Positions 49,556 through 59,094 are shown, numbered from the stretch's first letter. The stretch: DNA of 64,000 bases from Candidatus Proelusimicrobium tauri (GCA_002311025.1 DBYY01000006.1:6112-70111), one strand, 5' to 3'. The notes: generated by a model from the letters alone, not told the origin. Numbers and translations are program-made.

Positions 49556-50791
49556 TTAAACTCTGCCTTTAAATTCAAAGCCGATGGCCTCAACAGCATT
49601 TTTAATTTCTGTGTCGGTGACATCGCCTTCAACATAGGCAATCCCTTGGCTCAAATTAACATTAACTGTTTTTACCGATTTTAAAGCACTTATGGCTTTT
49701 GTTACATTGTTTTTGCAATGATTGCAATTCATACCGTCAATTTTAAAAGCAATAGTTTTATTTGAAGTGTTTTGCATAAAATTCTCCTTTTGTATTATTG
49801 AATTTATAAAAAGGGCAAATAAAATAATTGAGCAAATTATTTTAAAATGATAAAAATGTCCGCCGTGATGTCCTTCCATAGCAAAATTTGAAACATCAAA
49901 CCAAGCGGCCGGCAAAAAATTATCTATAATTAACCCTGAAGTTATTGCACCTATAACAAGCGTTGTTAAATAAAGCACAAATGTCTTTTTGCCCAAAACT
50001 TTGCCGATAACCAACATCGAAGCGATATTTGCCGCCGGCCCAGCCATAAGCAAAACGAGTGCTGTACCCGGGCTCATGCCTTTCATCATCAGGGCTATTG
50101 CTATCGGTATAGAACCGGTAGCGCAAACGTACATCGGTATAGCAACTATTAGCACAAGCAACATTGTCAAAATGGTATTATTACCGAAAATCATAAAAAA
50201 ATTATCCGGCACAAAATAGGAAATTAATCCTGCTACAATCAGCCCGAACATCAGCATTTTGCCGATATCTTCCATCATTTCCACATAGCCGTAGTTAAAA
50301 ACCCTTTTTATTTTTTGTGTGAAGGTAAGGGTTTCTTGTTTTTTGCTATTTTCCTGTTTTACAATGGCAGAACTTTCTTTTAAAGTAAAAATATTTGTTG
50401 TAAGGCCGGCAAACATAGCGGTACACAGGGCGACTATCGGGCGAATAATGGCAAAAGGCAAACCTAGCAAAGAATAAGTGGCGATAATTGAGTCTACCCC
50501 TGTTTGCGGTGTTGCTATTAAGAATGCTACCACAGAACCCTTTGAAGCCCCTTCTCTATATAAAGCCATGCCCGTAGGTATTACACCGCATGAGCACAAA
50601 GGCAAAGGTATACCGAAAAGTGTCGCATATAAAACGGAAGACCAACTGTTTTTTGAAAGGTATTTTGAAAATAACTGTTGCGGTACCAACACATGCAAAA
50701 TGCCCGCAAATAAAAACCCGAGCAGTAAATAAACGGACATTTCATTAAATATTGAAAATATTACTATTGCAATTTCTTTTATAAATTCCAT
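49556..50791 (-). CDS. COG0701-type permease (LPLCSCG motif) fused to C-terminal HMA metal-binding domain
   Basis: GIPLPLCSCGVIPT and a C-terminal FKIDGMNCNHCKNNV…. Confidence 0.75.
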   Translation of the reverse strand: MEFIKEIAIVIFSIFNEMSVYLLLGFLFAGILHVLVPQQLFSKYLSKNSWSSVLYATLFGIPLPLCSCGVIPTGMALYREGASKGSVVAFLIATPQTGVDSIIATYSLLGLPFAIIRPIVALCTAMFAGLTTNIFTLKESSAIVKQENSKKQETLTFTQKIKRVFNYGYVEMMEDIGKMLMFGLIVAGLISYFVPDNFFMIFGNNTILTMLLVLIVAIPMYVCATGSIPIAIALMMKGMSPGTALVLLMAGPAANIASMLVIGKVLGKKTFVLYLTTLVIGAITSGLIIDNFLPAAWFDVSNFAMEGHHGGHFYHFKIICSIILFALFINSIIQKENFMQNTSNKTIAFKIDGMNCNHCKNNVTKAISALKSVKTVNVNLSQGIAYVEGDVTDTEIKNAVEAIGFEFKGRV

Positions 50792-50964
50792 AATACTCCT
50801 AATTATATTCTACCAAATACGGAGGGAGTCTAATTTGATAATATGTTTAACAAAAAGTATTTTTGTTATAATATAAATACCATACAGAGTGTACGAGGAA
50901 CAATCAGCACTCTATCATTATGAAAATTTAGAACAGAAGAAAGAATAAAATTATAGGAGCATTT

Positions 50965-51075
50965 ATGAGTATTTACGATCAAATTATAACTGATGCCAAG
51001 GGCAAAAATATTTTTTTATCAGAGTATAAGAGCAAAGTATTGCTTATAGTCAATACCGCTACGGGCTGTGGTTAA
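50965..51075 (+). pseudogene. 36-codon 5' fragment of a glutathione-peroxidase-like gene
   Basis: aggag [39 protein letters not shown] stops right at the active-site region. Confidence 0.6.
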
Positions 51076-51790
51076 AGCATTGTGGGAACATATTCCAAAC
51101 AGTCGTCTTGTAGAAACAAATGTTTTTTATAACTCTCCGCGTCAAACTACCAAAGGGCATAGGGAAACTTTAAGAATAAACGGCTGGACTTTTACCGAAG
51201 TTGATATTTTAGACGAGGAAGGAACGGTTATGTTGCCCGTAAAAGGCGGCAAGCATTTTAAAGAAATGTCTATGGGCGGCCATATCCTTAACTATGATTC
51301 ACTGGTAGTTCTTACTCATTTCAAGGGCCACACTATGGGCGGTTACGGTGGTAGTATGAAGAATATTGCTATCGGCATGGCAGACGGTAAAATCGGTAAA
51401 AAAATGATACACCAAAAAGGCGATGACCAATGGGGATATACCGGAGCAGTTTTCCAAGAACGTATGGCGGAATCAGCCAAAGCAACGGTGGACCATTTCG
51501 GTGATAAAATTGTCTATATCAATGTTTTACGCCGTATGTCTGTTGATTGCGACTGTGCAGGAACTTCCGCCGCAGAGCCAAAAGCACATGATATCGGTAT
51601 CTTGGCATCTACCAATATTGTAGCGGTAGACCAAGCATCCCTTGATATGGTTTATGCCTTGCCCGAAAAAGAATTGCATGACTTACAAGAACGCATTGAA
51701 TCGCGTGAAGGTTTTCGCCAAGTTTCTTATATGAAAGAACTCGGCATGGGAACAGGCGAATATACTTTAGTTGATATTGATAAAAAATAA
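51068..51790 (+). CDS. DUF362-domain protein, apparently N-terminally truncated
   Basis: The ORF opens at GTG inside the gpx fragment, with no RBS. THFKGH…[13 protein letters not shown]…VDCDC. About 70 N-terminal residues typical of the family appear to be missing. Confidence 0.6.
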   Translation: MVKALWEHIPNSRLVETNVFYNSPRQTTKGHRETLRINGWTFTEVDILDEEGTVMLPVKGGKHFKEMSMGGHILNYDSLVVLTHFKGHTMGGYGGSMKNIAIGMADGKIGKKMIHQKGDDQWGYTGAVFQERMAESAKATVDHFGDKIVYINVLRRMSVDCDCAGTSAAEPKAHDIGILASTNIVAVDQASLDMVYALPEKELHDLQERIESREGFRQVSYMKELGMGTGEYTLVDIDKK

Positions 51791-51802
51791 AGGGGAAATA
51801 AT

Positions 51803-52330
51803 ATGAACGAAATTATTAAAGCAATGAAGGAACGACGCAGTATCCGTAAGTTTAAGGCACAAATGCCAAAAGAAGAAGATTTGGCACAAATTGTGGAAGC
51901 AGGTTTATATGCCGCAAGTGGAAAAAATCAACAAGCAGCAATTATTCTTGCTATCACAAATAAAGAACTGCGTGATAAACTATCCAAAGCGAACTGTAAA
52001 ATCGGCGGTTGGCCTGATGGGTTTGACCCTTTCTACGGTGCTCCTTCGGTATTAGTCGTTTTAGCAGATAAAAATTGGGTGACAAGTATGTATGACGGCA
52101 GTTTGGTTATGGGTAATATGATGCTTGCCGCGCACGCACTCGGTCTTGGCAGTATTTGGATACACAGGGCTAAAGAAGAATTTGAACAAGATACTTGGAA
52201 AAAACTGCTTGCCGATTTGGGTGTCAAAGGCGAGTGGGAAGGTATCGGCCATTGTGCCGTCGGCTATATTGACGGGGATATTCCCAGTGCTGCCCCGCGC
52301 AAAGATAACCGCGTATTTTGGGTAAAATAA
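51803..52330 (+). CDS. Nitroreductase family protein
   Basis: MKERRSIRKF… and a typical fold length. Confidence 0.8.
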   Translation: MNEIIKAMKERRSIRKFKAQMPKEEDLAQIVEAGLYAASGKNQQAAIILAITNKELRDKLSKANCKIGGWPDGFDPFYGAPSVLVVLADKNWVTSMYDGSLVMGNMMLAAHALGLGSIWIHRAKEEFEQDTWKKLLADLGVKGEWEGIGHCAVGYIDGDIPSAAPRKDNRVFWVK

Positions 52331-52345
52331 AATTATCAGTATGAT

Positions 52346-52386
52346 AAAAAACCGCTCTTGCTAACTGCTTGAGCGGTTTTTTGTTT
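52346..52386 (+). terminator. Rho-independent terminator
   Basis: aaaaaaccgctc…gagcggtttttt. Confidence 0.8.
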
Positions 52387-52541
52387 TCTAAACCATATCT
52401 TAATGCATAAAATTTGTTCGCTATAAGTTCGATGTCTCCTACGGAAATCAAAACTCCCAAAGTCAAAGAAAATATTACAAAAAATTAAGTGAAATAAAAT
52501 ATTATATAATACCTTGAAGGTTATTAAAATAGGGAGATTGT

Positions 52542-52742
52542 ATGACAAATAAAGATGAAAATATGAATTTAGTTCGATACATATTGATGTTGCCCATTAG
52601 CATTTTTGTAGCAGGATTATTAATTTTAATAAACGAACATGCTGAGAAATTATATGGGAGTTTTGTTATTTTTGCTGCAATGTTGGCTTTTTTAGGCACA
52701 TTTGAATTCATAATGCCTAAAAAAATATTTGGTTACGAATAG
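52542..52742 (+). CDS. Small 2-TM membrane protein
   Basis: agggag RBS. A second hydrophobic reading frame continues to about 52905 in another frame, so this may be a frameshifted longer gene. Confidence 0.45.
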   Translation: MTNKDENMNLVRYILMLPISIFVAGLLILINEHAEKLYGSFVIFAAMLAFLGTFEFIMPKKIFGYE

Positions 52743-52954
52743 TAAATATTTTTTTATGTTTAGTCTGTTTCTATGATTATCTTAATTCTAGTAGTATTTC
52801 AGGGGCAATATTGTTTTCAATAGTATTTTATACTTTAATTGTATACTTGGAAAAGGTTATAGAGTTTTTTAAAAATTCAGGTGATCTTGAAGATGTGGAT
52901 GAGTAAAAAAATTCTTCTAAAAATAAGTTGGATTTAAGGAAATTATTAAAAAAT

Positions 52955-53261
52955 AGCACGACCGTATGTTGTCGCTTTGATATTCTACAATATAATTGTT
53001 GAGGTATGAATTAACGGGAGGAACACCCGTGTCTCTGCCTCGATAAGCACATTCTCGTTGCGGACGTTGGTTGTGGGTGAAATAGCATACAACGTTTGTG
53101 CTTGAGGTACAAGCACCCAATATAGAACGACTAAATGTAGGTTTATATTGCGTAGGGATAGTTTCTTTATCTTTACATGGCACCAGTAGTATAAAGGTGT
53201 CCAGAACCATGTAGAGATAGATTAAGCACAAAACTTACTATCTTCACCTTGTGCCTTTTTT
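52955..53261 (+). ncRNA. Unclassified stem-rich non-coding segment (candidate structured RNA)
   Basis: It is locally GC-enriched and has stops in all plus frames. Hairpins include acggg/cccgt, gtgcttg-aggta-caagcac, ctttacatgg…ccatgtagag enclosing cacc…ggtg, and gcacaa…ttgtgc followed by T6. No known RNA class was recognised. Confidence 0.3.
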
Positions 53262-53320
53262 AAATTTATAGATATAGTGTCCACATGTATAAGTTTTGGA
53301 CACTATAATTTTGCCAAGTT

Positions 53321-53451
53321 CTACTTACTTTTTAATTGCGCCTGAATGTTTGCATTTGCCTGCCAAAATTGCCTGGCCTATAGGTTTAGTATTAACTATC
53401 TTTATTTGTATTTTTTATTGGAGAAGAAGCATTTTGCTAGTAAATAAGTAA
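53321..53451 (+). pseudogene. Orphan cstA 3'-end fragment #1
   Basis: STYFLIAPECLHLPAKIAWPIGLV… compares with the intact ATYFLIAPECLHLPAKIAWPSGLV… (32408-32531). There is no upstream ORF. Confidence 0.85.
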
Positions 53452-53628
53452 CTTTATAAATAAAAATTAACAAATCTGTTTTAAAATAATTATTCCCGAT
53501 GATATTTTTGATACTTTTTATTATAAAGTATTATATTAAGAATTAAAATATTTGCTACAATAATATTAAGAACTTTCATATTTAAGTAGAATTTATAAAA
53601 AGTATTATTTAAGGAGAGTGTGGATATT

Positions 53629-56313
53629 ATGAAAATTAATTTCACCTGGTTTTTATCTTTTATTTTTACATTGACTTTTTTATCTGCCCAAGCAACCGAA
53701 GTTAATAATTTTTCAGATTTAACTTCCGAAGGGGATTTCACTTTTGCACAAGATATTATTGTCGATCCTGGCACCCCTTCCGTAACTTTGCTTAACGCAA
53801 CCGTTGACGGCGCAAATCATAGCTTAACCGGTGTTCAAGGAACTTATCTTAATATGGGTTCATCCTCTTCTACCACCCCCGTTACACTTAGAAATATAGG
53901 TTCTATAGAAGATGGCACTGCGGAGGATAATACTTTTTCCTATCAAAATGCTAATGGGGATACGATTTATAAAAAAATTACACAATCTTTCAATAGCTTT
54001 CACAAGACAAGTGATAATCAGAATAATATTTTAGGCACAGTTAATATTGAAAATTCGGTTTTTGCTAATAATCTATCTGATCAACATGCTGGATTATTTT
54101 ATGCTGATTCAAATGCCCATGTGAATATTATAAATTCTGTCTTTTATAATAACCGAACTGCAGAAAATTTTCTAGCTGGTGGAGTCATGTGGACAGATAC
54201 AAGTGGGAATTTTATAATAAACTCTTCACTATTTGTAGGCAATAGCGCAGGTGAGGGCGGTGTTTTTAATATTAGTGCGCCAAATTATATTTCCAATTCT
54301 GTCTTTGCCAATAACCAAGCAACTGTATCTGGTGGAGGAGCAATTTGGTATGATATGGCGGCTGTTAGCATGCATTATCAAAATTATATCATCAACTCTG
54401 AATTTATTAACAATACAGCCCTCAATTATTTAGGGGGGGCTTTATATTTTAATGGTATTAATGATGGGGTGCACATTATGAATACCTCGTTTATTGGTAA
54501 TTCAGCCTCCTATGGTGGTGCTATTCTTATATCTAAATATCGTGAAGTGCCCTTTTCCATTGTTGATTCTTCCTTTAAGAATAATAGTGCTAATGAAGGT
54601 GCCGCTATATACAATGCAAATAATGACTTAAATATTTTTGCTGTTAATAAGGATGTCCTTTTTGACGGAAACACCGCAAGCAATGAAACTTCAGATTATA
54701 ATGCAGGTAGCGATATTTATTTTGAAGCTAGCGAAAATAACGCTACTTTATCTTTAAATGCTGCCAGTGGTAGAAAAATTATTTTTAATGGAAGTATCGC
54801 TTCTTATACAGATGGAACAGTAGCTAATATAGATATTAATAAATCAGGTTTAACTTATTCCCCGGATATTGATGTTATTGTTCCTATGGTATCTGATGAT
54901 ACTAGCGAAATTCAGTTTAATAATCGTGTTGGTGATGCTACTTATAATTTTGATATTAATTTATACGGCGGTGTTTTATCTATCGGGCAAAATGCAACTA
55001 CTAATGCCTCTATAGATAATCCCGATGGTTTTATTGATGGAAATAACTTAAATGTTGTTAATAATGCAACTCTTTATACAATTAATAATATTGTGGGTTC
55101 TGTTAATTTGAAAAACTTAGACCTTGCCTCAAACTTAAATATTCAAGTTGATGCAGATTTAGCAGAATCAGAAATGGATACAATTCATACAGATACTCTT
55201 ACGGGGGATAGCAATATTGTTGTGTCTGGGGTTAATATTTTAACTGATGCGGAGGAGGATACTACTGTTGTTCAATTTACCGATGGAGATTTAACCGATC
55301 ATGTTTCTATACAAGATAATCTTGAGGTATCTTCTCCCTTGTATAGATATTCTGTTGCCGATAATGGTGATGGAACTTTAACTTTTACGCGTTCGGGGAA
55401 TACTCCTGATAGCCCAAGTATTTTTGAGCAACCTGTCGCTGCAAATATGGCTTTGAATATTCAAGATCATATTAATAATTTACTTTTCCATGATTTCAAT
55501 TTATCTAGGTATAATGAACCTCAAAAAGGCAGAGCCGGTGGCGATGAAGCAAAAAATAAAAATATTTGGTTTAAAATTTATGGCTTTGATGATAAAAGTG
55601 ATTATAAGAAAGTATCCGATGTTAAAACAAAAACATTTATGGCTGTTTTAGGCTTTAACAAAGAAATGGATATTTTTGAAGATGTTTCTTCTAACTTAAA
55701 TGTTTATGGCGGTTATGTGTATGGCAATATTCGTTATAATAATATAAAAATTGACCAACCGGGAGAATATTTAGGTTTAAATCTTGATTCAAAATATAAA
55801 AATCTTATTTTATCATTTAACTTGACTGGTGGTTTAATGCAACCGCAAATAGATGATATTAATGGGAAACATCATCATACAAATCCTTGGGTTGGTGTTG
55901 CTTCAAATATAGGTTATCAATTTTATGTCAATCCTTATTTTATGATAGAACCAAGTTTAATTGCTTCTTATACTTATATTCACACAGATGATTATACAAA
56001 TATATCAAATGTAAAAGTTAAAGCAGATGACTACCATGTTTTTGAATTAGTTCCTAATTTGCGTGCTGCCTATGGCATAAATAAGAATTGGGATGTTTTC
56101 GGTGATGTTCGTTATGCTTTTAGCGATAGTCATGGCGGAACTATCAGAGTGGAAGAAGTCGCAATTCCTGCGTTAAATATGGCGAAATTTGTTGAGTATG
56201 GTTTAGGTGTAAGAACTCATTATAATAATTATACTTTTGAAGTTGCCTTATATCGCAGAGATGGAAAGAGGGAAGGCTTTAACGGATATTTAAATTTGCG
56301 TTATAATTTTTAA
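53629..56313 (+). CDS. Pmp-repeat autotransporter (canonical architecture)
   Basis: aaggag RBS, signal peptide …LSAQA|TE, FxxN/GGA repeats, and a beta-domain ending YLNLRYNF*. Confidence 0.85.
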   Translation: MKINFTWFLSFIFTLTFLSAQATEVNNFSDLTSEGDFTFAQDIIVDPGTPSVTLLNATVDGANHSLTGVQGTYLNMGSSSSTTPVTLRNIGSIEDGTAEDNTFSYQNANGDTIYKKITQSFNSFHKTSDNQNNILGTVNIENSVFANNLSDQHAGLFYADSNAHVNIINSVFYNNRTAENFLAGGVMWTDTSGNFIINSSLFVGNSAGEGGVFNISAPNYISNSVFANNQATVSGGGAIWYDMAAVSMHYQNYIINSEFINNTALNYLGGALYFNGINDGVHIMNTSFIGNSASYGGAILISKYREVPFSIVDSSFKNNSANEGAAIYNANNDLNIFAVNKDVLFDGNTASNETSDYNAGSDIYFEASENNATLSLNAASGRKIIFNGSIASYTDGTVANIDINKSGLTYSPDIDVIVPMVSDDTSEIQFNNRVGDATYNFDINLYGGVLSIGQNATTNASIDNPDGFIDGNNLNVVNNATLYTINNIVGSVNLKNLDLASNLNIQVDADLAESEMDTIHTDTLTGDSNIVVSGVNILTDAEEDTTVVQFTDGDLTDHVSIQDNLEVSSPLYRYSVADNGDGTLTFTRSGNTPDSPSIFEQPVAANMALNIQDHINNLLFHDFNLSRYNEPQKGRAGGDEAKNKNIWFKIYGFDDKSDYKKVSDVKTKTFMAVLGFNKEMDIFEDVSSNLNVYGGYVYGNIRYNNIKIDQPGEYLGLNLDSKYKNLILSFNLTGGLMQPQIDDINGKHHHTNPWVGVASNIGYQFYVNPYFMIEPSLIASYTYIHTDDYTNISNVKVKADDYHVFELVPNLRAAYGINKNWDVFGDVRYAFSDSHGGTIRVEEVAIPALNMAKFVEYGLGVRTHYNNYTFEVALYRRDGKREGFNGYLNLRYNF

Positions 56314-56328
56314 ATAGTATTATAGCCT

Positions 56329-56366
56329 AAAAAAGACCCCTACCTACTTTGGCAGGGGTTTTTTAT
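56329..56366 (+). terminator. Rho-independent terminator
   Basis: cccctacc…ggcagggg followed by T6. Confidence 0.7.
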
Positions 56367-56376
56367 AAGGAAGAAG

Positions 56377-57082
56377 ATGAAAAGATATTTGTTTATAAGT
56401 AATTTCTTGTGCGACACTTAAAGTCCCGCAAGAATTTATATATGCTCCAATACAAGCAAATAATTATGTCCTAGCCTCTTGGCAAAAAATAACTGATAAA
56501 GAATCCCCGATTTATATCTATATTGAAGGGGACGGCAATGCTTTTAATTATCAAGGTATACCAAATAAAAACCCCACACCTAAAAGTAAATTTTTAAGAA
56601 ATATGGCATTTAACGATGATAACGCTAATGTTGTTTATTTGGCTAGGCCATGCCAATTTATCAAAAGTGATACGTGTAGTGTTCAAGATTGGACTGTAGG
56701 GCGTTTTTCTGAAGAAATTGTAGAAGATACTGCCTTTGCAATTAAGCAAATAGCGCAGGAAAAAGAAATTATTCTAATAGGATATTCCGGTGGGGCATTA
56801 TTATCGGGCTTAATTATTAGCAGACATCCGGAAATGAAAATAAACAAATGGATAACTATTGCCGGTCTATTAAATCATAAAGATTGGACGCAGTATTATG
56901 GAGATATGCCTTTAAATTTATCTTTAGATTTAGATACCTTGCCTCAAATCGAGCAACAACACTTTGTCGGTGGTAAAGATAAAGTTATTCCGTTGAAATT
57001 ATCGAAGAAATGGATTAATAGTAAAGATTTAATAATATTGCCTAATGCTACACATAGTACCGTATTTGTAAAAATTAGATAA
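56377..57082 (+). pseudogene. Lipoprotein alpha/beta hydrolase with 5' frameshift
   Basis: ATG 56377 gives MKRYLFIS…*. Frame +1 continues …VISCATLKVPQEF…YIEGDGNAF…ARPCQF…GYSGGA… with no start codon until 56603. Confidence 0.7.
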
Positions 57083-57114
57083 AATCCTTAAGACCATTAG
57101 CCAACAATGGTCTC

Positions 57115-57241
57115 AATTTTCTTAATTGAGCCTGAGGGGTTGCCTTTGCCTGCCGAAATTGCCTGGCCTTTGGGGCTTATTTTGACAAAGATAATTGCTA
57201 CTTATTTCATAATAAAAATGAAAAAGGAGAAACAAAAATGA
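57115..57241 (+). pseudogene. Orphan cstA 3'-end fragment #2 (more diverged)
   Basis: NFLIEPEGLPLPAEIAWPLGLIL…YFIIKMKKEKQK*. Homology begins at the same codon as in fragment #1. Confidence 0.8.
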
Positions 57242-57432
57242 AATATTTTAAACCTTTTAAAGAAAATTTTTCTTCAGAAGAATATTATGAAAAAGTGTAT
57301 CCTGTATCAGTTTGTATTTTTGCACCACTTGGTATATTGATGGCATGTCTAATGATTGTATTAATAATGGCATTATTATTGGATTTTAACTTTCAAATTA
57401 TACCGATATTTTTATTTTTAGGTTATCCTTGA
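57238..57432 (+). CDS. Small membrane protein
   Basis: An ATGA overlap joins it to the cstA fragment stop. It has one long hydrophobic stretch. Confidence 0.45.
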   Translation: MKYFKPFKENFSSEEYYEKVYPVSVCIFAPLGILMACLMIVLIMALLLDFNFQIIPIFLFLGYP

Positions 57433-57560
57433 ATACGCCGACGGTGTCTTAGACGAAGAAAACTCTAATTTTTTATATAAAAAGTGCTGGAAAAATGGGA
57501 ACTTTTTTGTTTTGAAAAAAATTTTTTAAGCTATATTTATGATCAATTGTTCTATTTATA
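57421..57560 (+). repeat. 140-bp repeat unit, solitary copy A
   Basis: It matches 59201-59340 and contains a stop-bounded 35-codon reading frame, VILEYADGVLDEENSNFLYKKCWKNGNFFVLKKIF*. Confidence 0.9.
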
Positions 57561-57565
57561 GGTTA

Positions 57566-57728
57566 ATAAAACGGAAGACCAACTGTTTTTTGAAAGGTAT
57601 TTTGAAAATAATTGTTGCGGTACCAGCACATGCAAAATGCCGGCGAATAAAAAACCGAGCAACAAATAAACAGACATTTCATTAAATATTGAAAATATTA
57701 CCAAAGCGATTTCTTTTATAAATTCCAT
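57566..57728 (-). pseudogene. 54-codon 5' fragment of a second permease-HMA gene
   Basis: About 95% identical by eye to 50629-50791 (MEFIKEIALVIFSIFNEMSVYLLLGFLFAGILHVLVPQQLFSKYLSKNSWSSVL). It is truncated at the junction with repeat copy A. Confidence 0.85.
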
Positions 57729-57735
57729 AATACTC

Positions 57736-58194
57736 CTAAAAATTTTTAATTTGTTGTTTAGCGTGTTCTATATATTTTTTGATAAAATTTAGACCTGTTT
57801 CTATATCTTTTTTGCTGAATTGTTTAAAAAACTGTACATCTTTTTTATGATAAGCATAATGCATTTTTTTATGTATATCAAAAACTTTTTTGCCGATAGA
57901 AGTTAATTTATAATAAATTTCCTTTCTGTTAGTTTCATTTGTATATATTCGCACCGCACCTTTGTTAATAAGTTTTTTTATTAGGCGGCTTATGCCACCA
58001 CGTGTAATATTCAAAGCTTTAGATAATTTCGTAACATTTGGGTTTTTTGCTTTTTTTATATAATCAATACAGTGCATCTCGTTAATAGTAAAATTTTTTA
58101 ATGTATCTTGTGAGTTTTGCATTTGTGTATCTATATCTTCAATAATATAAAGCAAGGATTTCATTAAAGAATCAAACTCTTTAACACTAGTCAT
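57736..58194 (-). CDS. MarR-family transcriptional regulator
   Basis: Winged-HTH pattern (…LSKALNITRGGISRLIKKLINKGAV…). Its stop lies 7 nt upstream of the permease-fragment ATG. Confidence 0.75.
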   Translation of the reverse strand: MTSVKEFDSLMKSLLYIIEDIDTQMQNSQDTLKNFTINEMHCIDYIKKAKNPNVTKLSKALNITRGGISRLIKKLINKGAVRIYTNETNRKEIYYKLTSIGKKVFDIHKKMHYAYHKKDVQFFKQFSKKDIETGLNFIKKYIEHAKQQIKNF

Positions 58195-58231
58195 ATTTCT
58201 ATTTCCTCTTATATAGAGTATATATTATTTT

Positions 58232-58261
58232 TTGTTTCCGTGTCAACAAAAATGCTATAAT
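58232..58261 (+). promoter_or_regulatory. Candidate promoter (extended -10)
   Basis: TTGTTT, an 18-nt spacer, then TGcTATAAT, in the divergent MarR/thioesterase intergenic region. Confidence 0.4.
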
Positions 58262-58299
58262 ATTTATAGGTTTAGGTAACTTTTTCAGGGGGGTAAATC

Positions 58300-59094
58300 A
58301 TGCCAAAATATACAAAAAATTATACTGTTGTTCTAGATGATATGGATATGCAACAATACCGTTTGCGCCCGATATCAGCCATTAGTTATATACAAGATAC
58401 TTTTGCACGTTATAGTGCCACGCGTAAAATGGCTGCGTTTGATTTGCAAACAAAAGGCCAATATTGGGTTATAAGCGAACTGAATATGCATATAATAGAC
58501 ACGCTCCCCTTTTGGGCAGAAGAGATAAAGGTTGAATTATGGTTTTCGGAAATATCAAAACTAAAAATATATGCGGATTTCCGTTTATATTATAATAATA
58601 AAGTTTTTGCACAAGGGGATTCACTTTGGTTAATTATGGATATTAACACCAGGCGTGTTGCCCGGGCTGATGAAATGGCCGCTAAATTTGCCGTATGCAA
58701 AGATTTGGCATTGAGTGCCCATTCTAAAATATTATTACCCGATACCGTGGGGGAAATATCTAACTTTTCACATAATATAAATATTTCCGATATTGATTTT
58801 AATAATCATACAAACAATAAAAGTTATTTGCATATTGCCGCCATGGCTTTGCCGGAAGATTTTAGAAAAACGCACCTCTTAAAAACCATACAAGTGCGTT
58901 TCAACAAGGAAACTTTCCTTGGTGATAGTTTAATTTGCCGCGTTTACAAAACAGGACAGGAAAACCTATTCCTTCACAGGATTGATAAAGACGGTGTGCC
59001 TGTATGCGATGTCATTACTTCTTGGAAAAATATTGAGCCATACACAACAATTGTTGATTATGATTTAAAAGTAAAATCTGAGTATCCTTTATAA
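58300..59094 (+). CDS. Acyl-ACP thioesterase family protein
   Basis: Double hot-dog length and pattern (YTVVLDDMDMQQYRLRPISAISYIQD…). Confidence 0.65.
   Translation: MPKYTKNYTVVLDDMDMQQYRLRPISAISYIQDTFARYSATRKMAAFDLQTKGQYWVISELNMHIIDTLPFWAEEIKVELWFSEISKLKIYADFRLYYNNKVFAQGDSLWLIMDINTRRVARADEMAAKFAVCKDLALSAHSKILLPDTVGEISNFSHNINISDIDFNNHTNNKSYLHIAAMALPEDFRKTHLLKTIQVRFNKETFLGDSLICRVYKTGQENLFLHRIDKDGVPVCDVITSWKNIEPYTTIVDYDLKVKSEYPL

Noticed and set aside
52917-53231. 104-aa minus-strand ORF in the GC-enriched intergenic block.
   Set aside because: It has an odd Cys- and Tyr-rich composition, no RBS and no recognisable motif. It was retained only as an alternative explanation for the candidate structured-RNA region.
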